From Candidatus Falkowbacteria bacterium (GTDB lineage Bacteria > Patescibacteriota > Patescibacteriia > Patescibacteriales > UBA12075): 64,000 nucleotides of DNA. Numbering within the stretch: position 1 is the first letter of the stretch; every line of letters starts with the position of its first letter. Below are positions 53,533 to 62,443 of the stretch, piece by piece. The stretch lies in assembly GCA_043801965.1 (NCBI GenBank), contig JAZDLN010000027.1, positions 14,479 through 78,478 on the forward strand, read 5' to 3'. Both the position numbers and the translations under genes were made by a program. The notes beneath the pieces were generated by a model that ran no database searches, was not told the origin of the DNA, and worked only from the letters and a program-made list of their open reading frames with translations.

Positions 53533-54837
53533 ATGACACAAACCGAATCGGCTGAAAAACGTCTGGAAGAGTTGTCGGCCATGGATCATGGCCAATTGGT
53601 GGCCCTGTTGTGCGAAATACAAAAAGCATGCGATGATCCGGATGATGTGGCTGTCTTGGATCAGTTGAGCGACGATGATATTATGGGCCACATTATGGAA
53701 TCCGAGGGGTTTGAGGTTGTTGTCGTCGATGAAGACGACGAAACCGCTATTACCCCCATTACCCCGACTGCCACCGTGGCTCCAAGCCCCGCGCCTCTCG
53801 AAGCCGCCCCCACCGCCAACCCCACGCCTGCTCCGGCGAAGTCCGCTCCCGCTCGCAAACCCAAACTTTGGGTTGACGAAAAGGCCCTGGCAGACCCCAA
53901 GCTTTGCCCGCTCATCGTTGACGGCCAGGCCTGCGGCGCCGAAAAGCTGGAGAAGCACGATCTGTGCCCCCCCTGCCACAAGGCCTATGGCTGGTACGGC
54001 CGCAAAAAGGTGGCCGAGGCCAAGAATCGGGTGGCCAATCGTATTCCCACGGAGAGATTTGACGATCTCGTTGACACGATACTCCCGTTGGTGCGAACCG
54101 ACGACGGTGATGATGACCTGGCCGCTTTGGCCCGGGTCATCGCCAAGAAGCCGGCAGATCGGCCCGAAACTTCCTGGCAGGACTTTTCGGACGTGGCCAT
54201 GAGCGTCATTATGGCCGCCGCTCGGAAAGCAAGATACGGCCTTGTGAAAAAGGCGGAAGTCAACAGCGAGCGGATGAAGTGGACGATTGACAAGATCCGC
54301 TCTATCCAGCCCGAGGGCCCGCTCGACCCGGGAAGTTTCAAACTAGTCCACAAGACCGGACCGATCACTCCGGGCATGATCCAGAGAGCCTGCCAGACGA
54401 TCTGGAGTGGGGACGAGAAACTCGGGATCGAACCCCGGTGGAAAGAATGGGCTAAGGGAGCCGGCGAACTTTGCCGGCAGGAAGTAGGCAAAACCTGGCC
54501 CGAAGAGGACGACCCCACCGGCCGTTCGATCGAAGCCGATTTCTTCAGTGAAGAGGAGATCCGTCGCCGCGGCCTCGCCTGGCAAGGCAAACTCGTTACC
54601 GCCCGGATGATGGAGATCGCCTGTAAAAACGAGCGGTGGCGGCGCAAGGAAGCCGCTAAACGCGCGCAGGAAGAGAAGTTCCTGGAACGCGCAAAAACCG
54701 CCAAAACCGGCGGCAACGGCAACGGCCAAAAACGCCGGGATAACGGCGGCCGTAACCGGTCTTACGAAGGCAAGGGTTCGCATCAAAGTCCTCCCCTGAA
54801 AAACGGGATAAGGGGACTCGAGAACCTTCCCAACTAG
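53533..54837 (+). CDS. hypothetical protein (GC-rich island ORF B)
   Basis: 434 aa with AAAGGAAG upstream of the ATG. Very acidic N-terminus, P/A/T linker, 4-Cys cluster CPLIVDGQACGAEKLEKHDLCPPC, basic G/N/R-rich C-terminus. No family recognised. Confidence 0.7.
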   Translation: MTQTESAEKRLEELSAMDHGQLVALLCEIQKACDDPDDVAVLDQLSDDDIMGHIMESEGFEVVVVDEDDETAITPITPTATVAPSPAPLEAAPTANPTPAPAKSAPARKPKLWVDEKALADPKLCPLIVDGQACGAEKLEKHDLCPPCHKAYGWYGRKKVAEAKNRVANRIPTERFDDLVDTILPLVRTDDGDDDLAALARVIAKKPADRPETSWQDFSDVAMSVIMAAARKARYGLVKKAEVNSERMKWTIDKIRSIQPEGPLDPGSFKLVHKTGPITPGMIQRACQTIWSGDEKLGIEPRWKEWAKGAGELCRQEVGKTWPEEDDPTGRSIEADFFSEEEIRRRGLAWQGKLVTARMMEIACKNERWRRKEAAKRAQEEKFLERAKTAKTGGNGNGQKRRDNGGRNRSYEGKGSHQSPPLKNGIRGLENLPN

Positions 54838-54850
54838 CCTAGAACCCTAA

Positions 54851-54907
54851 CCCCGTTCCCGGGAATCTGCCAAAGCAGATTTCTCGGGAACGGGTTTTTG
54901 TTTTTTA
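54851..54907 (+). terminator. strong rho-independent terminator
   Basis: About 20-bp arms ccccgttcccgggaatctgc / gcagatttctcgggaacggg, loop caaa, long T-run. Confidence 0.85.
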
Positions 54908-54926
54908 GATCCCTTTATGTTATAAT
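54898..54926 (+). promoter_or_regulatory. extended -10 promoter of the P-type ATPase gene
   Basis: TTGTTT, 17-nt spacer ending TGt, TATAAT (54921-54926). Confidence 0.5.
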
Positions 54927-54979
54927 AATATAGTTGTTATTTATTAATTTTTACCATATTCAAACAAAAAAACTAAACC

Positions 54980-57688
54980 ATGATAACCTGCCATCATCTT
55001 AAAATAAAAACCTGCCTGACCGAACTTAAGACGGAAGCTACCGGTTTAACCTGGGAGGAGGCGGAAAAACGGCTTAATAAATACGGTTTTAACGAATTGG
55101 CCAAGGAAAAGCCGATCAGCCGCTTTAACGTATTTGTCTCCCAATTCAAAAATCCTTTAGCTTATGTTCTTGTGATAGCCGGAACCCTATCCGTGGTTTT
55201 GGGCAGTTATATAGACTCAGCGGTCATATTCGGAGCCGTGATCTTAAACTCGATCATCGGCTTTATCCAGGAGGATAAAGCCAATCAGGCCATCGCGAAA
55301 TTGAAGAATCTGGTCGAACACAAAGCCGTAGTATTGCGGGACGGACGCGATATAACGATAAACAGCCGGCGAGTGACTATAGGCGATATAGTGCTCATAA
55401 AGGCCGGTAACAAGATACCGGCGGACGCGCGCCTGATCGAAGCGATAGACCTTAAGGTCAATGAAGCCTCTTTGACCGGAGAATCATTGCCATCGTCGAA
55501 AAAGACCGAGGCGATACCCGAAGGAGCGGCTTTAGCCGACCGGGAAAACATGGTTTATGCCGGCACTTTAGCCGTGGAAGGCCTGGGGAAAGCGGTCGTT
55601 ACCGGCGTAGGAAAGACAACTGAGATCGGCAAGATAGCCGAACTGGTGGCGGCAACAGGAGAAGGAAAAACCCCCTTGCAGCTCCGTCTGGATAAATTCA
55701 GTCGTTTTTTAGGGATGATTTTCGGTGTTATTTGCGTTTTAGTGGTAATAGTCGGACTTCTCCAAAAGCGGGGATTCCTCGAGATGGTCGAGACCGGCGT
55801 GGCGATAGGCGTAGCCTCGATCCCGGAAGGATTGACAATGTCCGTTACTTTTATTCTGGCTCTGGGTATGCAGCGGATACTTAAAAAGAGGGCCTTGACC
55901 AGAAAGCTTATCGCCGCGGAAACCTTAGGCTCGACCACGGTTATCTGCACGGATAAAACCGGCACCTTAACCGAAGGTAATATGCACGTGGCGCATATAG
56001 TTATTGGCGAAAAAGAATTTGAAATGGACAATCCCGGCACGCGCCAGGAGACCCAGGAAGCGAAAACCGTCAGTCTCGCCCTTCAGACGGCCATGATGTG
56101 CAACGATTCGATAATCGAGAATCCCGACGACGAGCTGGCCAGCTGGCGTTTTATCGGCACGCCGACCGAGAACGCCCTTCTTTCCGCCGCTATCCAGTCG
56201 GGCCTCCGGCGGGAAGAGCTTTTAAAGATTGAGCCCCAGGTAGACGAATTGCCTTTCAGCAGTGAAAAAAAATTCATGCTCAGCCTGCATCGGAAAGAAG
56301 ACGGCGAATACGTACTTTATGAAAAAGGAGCGCCGGAAAAATTATTGGACAAGTCCGTTAAATATTACCACCACGGCGGCGTCCGTTCCCTTGATAAAGC
56401 CGCCCGGGAAAACCTTGACCGGACTTATGAGGGCTTGACCCGCCGCGGCTTAAGGGTTGTCGGATTGGCTGTCAGGGAATTTAAAGAAGAAGCGGAATTA
56501 AAGGCGGGCGGTATCGATTGGGGAGAAATCGACCGTGATCTGACCTTTATCGGTTTTATCGCCATAAAGGATCCTCTCCGAAAGGAGGCCAAAGAAACGA
56601 TTAAGCTTTGCATCCGGGCGGGGATCAGGCCGGTGATCATAACCGGCGACCACAAGCTTACCGCCAAGGCCATAGCCCAGGAGGTCGGGCTTAAAGCTAA
56701 AGAGGAAAACGTCGTTACCGGCGAGGAATTAGACAGGTTAAGCGACGAAAAATTCGCAAAATTGATAAAAAAGATCGATGTTTACGCCCGAGTAAGCCCG
56801 CACCATAAGCTCAGGATCGTAACCGCCCTGCAGGCGAAAGGGGAGGTAGTGGCCATGACCGGAGACGGAATAAACGATTCTCCCGCACTCAAGGCGGCTG
56901 ATATCGGCATATCTCTTGGTACGGGCACGGATATCGCGAAGGAAACTTCCGACATCGTCCTTTTGGACAATAATTTTAAAACGATCGTGGCCGCCGTGGA
57001 ACAAGGCCGGGTTATCTTTGAAAATATCAGGAAGGTCATAACCTATCTTATTTCCGACAGCTTTTCCGAGGTAACGGTCATTATCGGCACGATTCTCGCG
57101 GCGGCGCTTTTAAACCGCGATATTCCTCTGGCCCTTCTGCCTACGCAAATACTGTGGATAAACATAGTCAATGACAGCCTGCCGCATTTTTCGTTGGCAT
57201 TTGAAAAAGGGGATGAACTTATAATGCGGGAAAAACCCATAAAAAAGCAGGAACCCGTGATGAACGACATAATGAAAATAATAATCTTCGGAGCGGGACC
57301 GATCCGCGCCGTCATAATTTTTTCCGTTTTTCTCATGATGTTTTTTATAATGCCTTTGGGAGAAATCGATTATATGCGCACCGTAATTTTCGCCATCCTC
57401 GGGATAAGCAGTCTCGTGTCTATATTCAGTTTGCGCGATCTTAAGAACCCGATCTGGAAAACAAATCCTTTTTCGAATTCGTATCTTTTAATATCTGTCT
57501 CCCTAAGCGCGGTCCTGCTGCTTTTAGGAATATATTGGGGTCCCCTGCAGATGGTTTTGGGCACCGCCCCCCTGAAAGTCGGCGGATGGTATATAGTTAT
57601 CGTGATCAGTTTATTGACGATGCTCATCATAGAAATGGTCAAATTCAGCTTTGTGCCCGATAAAAAATGGCGTAAAATAAATGATTGA
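54980..57688 (+). CDS. P-type cation-transporting ATPase (P2, Ca2+/SERCA-PMCA-like)
   Basis: TGES, DKTGTLT phosphorylation site, KGAPE, MTGDGINDSPALKAADIG, 10-TM layout. Confidence 0.93.
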   Translation: MITCHHLKIKTCLTELKTEATGLTWEEAEKRLNKYGFNELAKEKPISRFNVFVSQFKNPLAYVLVIAGTLSVVLGSYIDSAVIFGAVILNSIIGFIQEDKANQAIAKLKNLVEHKAVVLRDGRDITINSRRVTIGDIVLIKAGNKIPADARLIEAIDLKVNEASLTGESLPSSKKTEAIPEGAALADRENMVYAGTLAVEGLGKAVVTGVGKTTEIGKIAELVAATGEGKTPLQLRLDKFSRFLGMIFGVICVLVVIVGLLQKRGFLEMVETGVAIGVASIPEGLTMSVTFILALGMQRILKKRALTRKLIAAETLGSTTVICTDKTGTLTEGNMHVAHIVIGEKEFEMDNPGTRQETQEAKTVSLALQTAMMCNDSIIENPDDELASWRFIGTPTENALLSAAIQSGLRREELLKIEPQVDELPFSSEKKFMLSLHRKEDGEYVLYEKGAPEKLLDKSVKYYHHGGVRSLDKAARENLDRTYEGLTRRGLRVVGLAVREFKEEAELKAGGIDWGEIDRDLTFIGFIAIKDPLRKEAKETIKLCIRAGIRPVIITGDHKLTAKAIAQEVGLKAKEENVVTGEELDRLSDEKFAKLIKKIDVYARVSPHHKLRIVTALQAKGEVVAMTGDGINDSPALKAADIGISLGTGTDIAKETSDIVLLDNNFKTIVAAVEQGRVIFENIRKVITYLISDSFSEVTVIIGTILAAALLNRDIPLALLPTQILWINIVNDSLPHFSLAFEKGDELIMREKPIKKQEPVMNDIMKIIIFGAGPIRAVIIFSVFLMMFFIMPLGEIDYMRTVIFAILGISSLVSIFSLRDLKNPIWKTNPFSNSYLLISVSLSAVLLLLGIYWGPLQMVLGTAPLKVGGWYIVIVISLLTMLIIEMVKFSFVPDKKWRKIND

Positions 57689-57696
57689 TCCTGAAT

Positions 57697-58110
57697 ATGA
57701 TCAAAGATAAAAAAAATTTTTTAAGGTCCGTATTTTCAAGCCAGATCGCGCTGACCGTCGTCGGCTTTCTTATTGTTATCGGCATCAGCATACCGTTGGC
57801 GAAAAACGTCAGCAAACAATACAGGATCGGAAAGGAAATAAAAGAACTGGAAAAGGAGATTTTATATCTTGAAGACAGCAATTCAGAATTGCAGCAATTG
57901 GTGAAATATCTGGAATCGGACCAGTTCGCTCTACAGCAGGCAAGATCAAACCTGAATTACAAGCAGCCGGGAGAAGAGGTGGTGGTCATAAAAAATGACG
58001 ATAGCCGTGACGGCGAAAAGCCGGCGGATACCAGGGCCGGCGGGACAAAAAACAAAAATGTCGAAGCGAAGAGCAACCCCGGGAAATGGTGGTATTATTT
58101 TTTTAAATAG
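57697..58110 (+). CDS. ftsB: septum formation initiator (FtsB/DivIC family)
   Basis: Short cytoplasmic N-terminus, one TM, leucine-zipper-like coiled coil (KEIKELEKEILYLEDSNSELQQLVKYL), then ARSNLNYKQPGEEVVVI. An alternative TTG start at 57685 overlaps the ATPase stop. Confidence 0.72.
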   Translation: MIKDKKNFLRSVFSSQIALTVVGFLIVIGISIPLAKNVSKQYRIGKEIKELEKEILYLEDSNSELQQLVKYLESDQFALQQARSNLNYKQPGEEVVVIKNDDSRDGEKPADTRAGGTKNKNVEAKSNPGKWWYYFFK

Positions 58111-58127
58111 CCAAAAAAAGAATTATT

Positions 58128-59573
58128 ATGCCCAATAAGCAGATTGACGGTATAACTAAATTAAGCAGGGAAGAAATGGAGAAATCCAGGAAGATTGTTT
58201 TGGATTTTGTTGAAGAGGAAATGAGATCGAAAAAAGAAGCCGCCCCGATGCCGGCGAAAGAGAAAAACAAGCTCGTAGACGGGCTTTTTAACCGCGTTTC
58301 CAGGGTAAAAAGCAAAGAAACGCCCAAGCCGGCCGTTATAGAGCGCCAAGAAGCACCCGCGGAAGAAACGAATAAACCGATAACTTCATCCAGGCGGTTT
58401 ATGGATATCGCTAAAGCGCCGGCTAAAAAGCCGGAGATCTCCCGGGAATCAAAAGCGGAAACCGAGAAAAGGAATCAGTTGAAGAAAATCTGGAAAAATG
58501 AAATGTCTGAGGTTTTAGGGGAAGAGAGCGAAGCCGCTCCGGCTATAGTTGACGAGACCGCGCGGACAAAGGAAACAATCGAAAAAGAAAAGAAGGAAAA
58601 GGCGGAGAGAGAGAGGAGGGAGAAAGAAGAGATAAAGCGAAGCCAAAAAGAAAAAGAGGAAGAGGAGGACAGGATCAGGCGGGCGAAAAAAGCAGCCGCT
58701 GAGAAGGCGCGCGAAGAAGAGGAAGGAAAAAAGCGAAGGGCGAGCGAAGAATATGAAAAGAAAAAACGAAACAGGCGCGCTGAAGCAAAAAGGAACAGGC
58801 GGGAAAAGATAATGCGTTTCAGGAAAAGCCTGTCCGGATACAGCCGCTATCTTTTAAGGTCTTTCTTTGTGGCGGGTAAAACCGCATTGTATCGGTTTTT
58901 GCTTATTTTTCTGGTTTTTATTTTTCTTTATTCCGTTTTTGCCGTCATGCTTTTAAAATTCGGGGCGGATAACGCGTTTACCAGATATATTGCCGGTTAT
59001 GTGCCGGTTCCGGCTTTGGTCGCTAACGGCGATGTCATTGAATATTATAAATACGTCGATATAAAGAACGGTTTAAAAGATAAGGCGTCAGATCAGAAAA
59101 AACTTGACGAGATAACCAGGGTGGCGGTAATAAAAGAGATCATAGTGGGAAATCTTATGCGCGAGTACGGCATCGCCGGGACCGATAATTTGACGGACAG
59201 GATAAACGGGAGCATAGTTTTCGACAGCACCAAGAATATGGTGGCCCTTAACCGTATAATGAAGATAAAAAAGCTAATAGATTCCGGAGAGGATTTTATC
59301 CGTACTGCCACGCGTTACGGCGATGACCTGGGACCGCTGACCATTGACGGAAACAACCGGTACGACCGCGATTATTACGATAAACTGGCCGGCCTGGAAA
59401 CGAACGAGACGAGCGACATGGTTGTCGATAAAGACGGTTATTACATATTCCATGTTTTCGGAAAAACAGCGGATAAAACAGACTTAAGCTACGTGGTGGT
59501 ACGGCCGGTATTATTCGACGAATACGTGGAAGAGGCTGTCATGGGATACCATGTTTGGAGCCTGGTGGACTGA
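58128..59573 (+). CDS. membrane-anchored protein with K/E-rich N-terminal region and degenerate parvulin (PpiC/PrsA)-like C-terminus
   Basis: Long KE-rich low-complexity segment, one TM (FLLIFLVFIFLYSVFAVMLL), then EDFIRTATRYGDD...DKDGYYIFHV resembling a PPIC-type rotamase pattern. Confidence 0.55.
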   Translation: MPNKQIDGITKLSREEMEKSRKIVLDFVEEEMRSKKEAAPMPAKEKNKLVDGLFNRVSRVKSKETPKPAVIERQEAPAEETNKPITSSRRFMDIAKAPAKKPEISRESKAETEKRNQLKKIWKNEMSEVLGEESEAAPAIVDETARTKETIEKEKKEKAERERREKEEIKRSQKEKEEEEDRIRRAKKAAAEKAREEEEGKKRRASEEYEKKKRNRRAEAKRNRREKIMRFRKSLSGYSRYLLRSFFVAGKTALYRFLLIFLVFIFLYSVFAVMLLKFGADNAFTRYIAGYVPVPALVANGDVIEYYKYVDIKNGLKDKASDQKKLDEITRVAVIKEIIVGNLMREYGIAGTDNLTDRINGSIVFDSTKNMVALNRIMKIKKLIDSGEDFIRTATRYGDDLGPLTIDGNNRYDRDYYDKLAGLETNETSDMVVDKDGYYIFHVFGKTADKTDLSYVVVRPVLFDEYVEEAVMGYHVWSLVD

Positions 59574-59600
59574 GACGGCGCGTTATATTTATCCTTATTT

Positions 59601-59630
59601 AAAAAAGAATGTCAAAGGACATTCTTTTTA
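59601..59630. terminator. bidirectional rho-independent terminator
   Basis: A-run, aagaatgtc-aaag-gacattctt stem-loop, T-run. Lies between the convergent CDS and the tRNA genes. Confidence 0.75.
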
Positions 59631-59665
59631 TAAACAATCGACTGAGCGGAAACCCGATAAATTTG

Positions 59666-59738
59666 AGCCGGAGACGAGACTTGAACTCGTGACCTCTGCT
59701 TTACGAAAGCATTGCTCTACCAACTGAGCTACTCCGGC
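59666..59738 (-). tRNA. tRNA-Thr (anticodon CGU)
   Basis: Hand-folded 73-nt cloverleaf: acceptor gccggag/ctccggc, D arm gctc-agttggta-gagc, anticodon loop ttCGTaa, T arm acgag-ttcaagt-ctcgt. CCA is not encoded. Confidence 0.9.
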
Positions 59739-59821
59739 CTTGATTTACATTTGACCTTTGACATTTATCCTTTAACCAGGTCAAATGTCAGGTGTCAAAT
59801 GTTAAGTGTCTAGTAATAATG
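59739..59821. repeat. Inter-tRNA spacer hairpin of TTTGAC / GTCAAA(TGT) units
   Basis: acatttgacctttgacattt ... ggtcaaatgtcaggtgtcaaatgt. Same unit family as the pilB-pilC spacer. Confidence 0.7.
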
Positions 59822-59893
59822 AGCGGGTAACGGGAATCGAACCCGTCTCTTCAGCTTGGGAAGCTAACATAATAGCCACTATACGATACCCGC
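59822..59893 (-). tRNA. tRNA-Gly (anticodon CCC)
   Basis: Hand-folded 72-nt cloverleaf: acceptor gcgggta/tacccgc, anticodon stem ttagc/gctga, loop ttCCCaa, T arm acggg-ttcgatt-cccgt. CCA is not encoded. Confidence 0.9.
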
Positions 59894-60120
59894 CTTCGTC
59901 GCGTCGTAGCTTCAGCGAAGGCGGACTTCATGAAGATACGTTTAGCGTGGTTGATTGGTTTTAGTTTGTAATGACTTCGGCGGGCAAGCCCGCCACTTTG
60001 GGCTTTATTTAATAATAGTAATAATTTTAAAAAAATGCAAGTTTATTTAATCCCTTATCTTAAAATCGGATTTGTGTTATAATATTTTTATTGGTTTATG
60101 AATATTAATTATCATTTTTA

Positions 60121-61713
60121 ATGTTAAAAATAGGTAAAAAATCGATTAAAACTGCGATAGCTTCCGTTTTGGCGGTTTTTTGTTTGTCCGGACCATTTAT
60201 GGCGCGTTCCGATGAGCGCTCGAACGAATATTATTCGATCCGGCTTGATAAGCCGACAATCGCCAGGGGTTATACCGTGGCCGGATTTGACGCTGAAATT
60301 AAATTATCGCTCGTTCCGGGTATTTTAAGCGACGCGACGGGGGTCGAGCTTATAAAACTCGACGAATCGCTTCCTATGCCCTGGCAGCTTGACCGCTTAA
60401 GTCCGGTCTATCAGTTCGAATTTAAGAATAAAGCCGCGTACGACAACCATAAACCCTTTTATATCCAGCTCTCTTACGGCGAAAAAAACAATGATTATAA
60501 GCAGGTATTTTTTTATGACAAAAATTTTTCCGCCTGGCGGCCTTTGCCCACGACCGACCACCCGGAAATCAAATCCGTCCGTTCGCTGATCCATCTTCCT
60601 TTCGCCCGGATCGCGGTTTTTTCCTATCCCGACGTCATGACCGTCGGCCGGACCAGCTGGTACGCGTACAAGGGAGGTGATTTCGCGGCTTCTCCGGATT
60701 TTCCGAAGAATTCCCGGCTTCGCGTTTTTAACCGCGACCGCAGTAAATTCGTGGACGTGACCATTAACGATTACGGTCCGGACCGCGGTCTTTTCCCTGA
60801 TCGCGTGATCGATCTTGACCGGGCGGCTTTCGCGAAAATAGCGCCTCTGGGCGCGGGAGTGGTCGATGTTTCCGTGGAACCGCTTTATATTCCTCCCGAC
60901 GGAGAGGGGCGGGTTTTGGGAATACCGAAAAACGGTTCAGGGGAAAGTCCGTCCGTCGATTTGGGATCGGCGGTGGTCATGGACGAATCAACCGGCCGTA
61001 TCTTATGGTCGAAGAACGCCGAAACGGTGCGGCCGCTGGCCAGCTTAACCAAACTCGTGGCCGTAAAGGTATTTCTCGATACGAAGCCGACATTAAGCCG
61101 GGTAGTCGCGTACGAGAAGCGGGATGAAGAATATAATTACGAATACTGCAAGCCCTGGGAATCCGCCAAGCTGAGCTTAAGCGCCGGAGAAACGCTTACG
61201 GTCGAAGACCTCCTCTACGCCTCCCTCGTCGGATCGGCGAATAATACGATCGAAACCCTGGTTCGCGCCAGCGGTCTTAAACGGGAAGATTTTATTTTGA
61301 AAATGAACGATTGGGTGGATAGCCTGGGGGCCACTTCCACGCGTTTTCAGGAACCGACCGGTTTATCCCCTGAAAACGTGAGTTCCGCCCTGGATTATGC
61401 TATAATAACTAAAGAGGTGTTAGTAAACCCCATGATCCAAAAAGCGAGCACTATGCCGGAATACCGATTTACGGCCATAAGTACGGGTAAAGCTTACCGC
61501 ATTAAAAATACGGACCATCTCATCAGGGCGAATAATTACGATATTACCGGGTCAAAGACCGGTTATCTCGACGAAGCCGGCTATTGCCTGATGGTCCGAG
61601 TCGCCGGTTCAGACGGCCGGAACGTGATCGTCGTTACCATGGGAGCGGGGGACAGGGCCACGAGTTTTTACGAGACGGAAGAGCTTATGAAATATGGTTT
61701 AAGAAAAAATTGA
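60121..61713 (+). CDS. fusion protein: N-terminal unknown domain, RlpA-like DPBB domain and S11 D-alanyl-D-alanine carboxypeptidase
   Basis: Signal peptide. SWYAYKGGDFAASPDFPKNSRLRVFN...VDVTINDYGP (RlpA double-psi beta-barrel). SxxK (ASLTKL), SxN (SANN) and KTG (SKTGY) motifs of PBP5/DacB-type peptidases. Confidence 0.85.
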   Translation: MLKIGKKSIKTAIASVLAVFCLSGPFMARSDERSNEYYSIRLDKPTIARGYTVAGFDAEIKLSLVPGILSDATGVELIKLDESLPMPWQLDRLSPVYQFEFKNKAAYDNHKPFYIQLSYGEKNNDYKQVFFYDKNFSAWRPLPTTDHPEIKSVRSLIHLPFARIAVFSYPDVMTVGRTSWYAYKGGDFAASPDFPKNSRLRVFNRDRSKFVDVTINDYGPDRGLFPDRVIDLDRAAFAKIAPLGAGVVDVSVEPLYIPPDGEGRVLGIPKNGSGESPSVDLGSAVVMDESTGRILWSKNAETVRPLASLTKLVAVKVFLDTKPTLSRVVAYEKRDEEYNYEYCKPWESAKLSLSAGETLTVEDLLYASLVGSANNTIETLVRASGLKREDFILKMNDWVDSLGATSTRFQEPTGLSPENVSSALDYAIITKEVLVNPMIQKASTMPEYRFTAISTGKAYRIKNTDHLIRANNYDITGSKTGYLDEAGYCLMVRVAGSDGRNVIVVTMGAGDRATSFYETEELMKYGLRKN

Positions 61714-61744
61714 TATTTAATATTAAATATCGTACGTCGTGATT

Positions 61745-62425
61745 ATGATTCGTTTTCAAAATGTTTACAAACTATACCCCAAGAACGTAGCGGCTTTGAA
61801 TAATTTAAGCACGCATATATTGCCGGGAGAATTCGTCTCGATCGTCGGCCAGTCCGGAACCGGCAAGACCACTATGGTCAAAGCTCTGATCGGCGAAGAA
61901 AAAGTGGATAAAGGCCGGATTATCGTGGGCGGTTGGGATATCACCAATATCGGCCAGCGGGAAATCCCGGTGCTTCGGCGCCAGATCGGCGTAATATTCC
62001 AGGATTTCAAGCTTCTGCCCAAAAAGACGTTATTCGAAAACGTCGCTTTCGCCATGCAGGTTTGCGGCGGCCATCCGAAAAAGATAAAAAAGATCATCCC
62101 GCACGTCATGAAGATCGTGGGTCTCGAAACCAAGGCGGACCGTTATCCCCAGGAAGTGTCCGGCGGCGAACAGCAAAGGACGGCCATTGCCCGGGCACTG
62201 GTACATCGTCCCAAAATACTTCTGGCTGACGAGCCGACCGGAAATCTTGATTCTTTAAACGCCAATGAGATCATAGAACTTCTGCTTCGCATCAATAAAT
62301 TCGGCACCACGATAATTTTAGTCACCCACAACCGGGAAATAGTCAATCGCCTGAAAAGACGGGTCATTACCCTTGAAAACGGCACGATCATAAGCGATCA
62401 GTCCATAGGCAAATATGTTTTGTAA
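61745..62425 (+). CDS. ftsE: cell division ATP-binding protein FtsE
   Basis: MIRFQNVYKLY start, Walker A GQSGTGKTT, signature VSGGEQQRTAIARAL. Followed by ftsX. Confidence 0.92.
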   Translation: MIRFQNVYKLYPKNVAALNNLSTHILPGEFVSIVGQSGTGKTTMVKALIGEEKVDKGRIIVGGWDITNIGQREIPVLRRQIGVIFQDFKLLPKKTLFENVAFAMQVCGGHPKKIKKIIPHVMKIVGLETKADRYPQEVSGGEQQRTAIARALVHRPKILLADEPTGNLDSLNANEIIELLLRINKFGTTIILVTHNREIVNRLKRRVITLENGTIISDQSIGKYVL

Positions 62426-62443
62426 TTAATTTATTATTTTGAT

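Noticed and set aside
53167-54722. Minus-strand ORFs of 270 aa (53167-53979) and 245 aa (53985-54722), and a 175-aa plus-strand alternative frame, in the ORF B region
   Set aside because: Same high-GC artefact. The 270-aa ORF runs through the AT-rich promoter and leader and the micro-ORF. Its translation is low complexity and lacks a plausible start context.
50880-54907. Classical mobile element, prophage or integrative island interpretation of the GC-rich region
   Set aside because: I could not identify an integrase, transposase, relaxase or phage structural genes, flanking direct repeats, or an adjacent tRNA. It is retained only as a compositional island of unknown origin.
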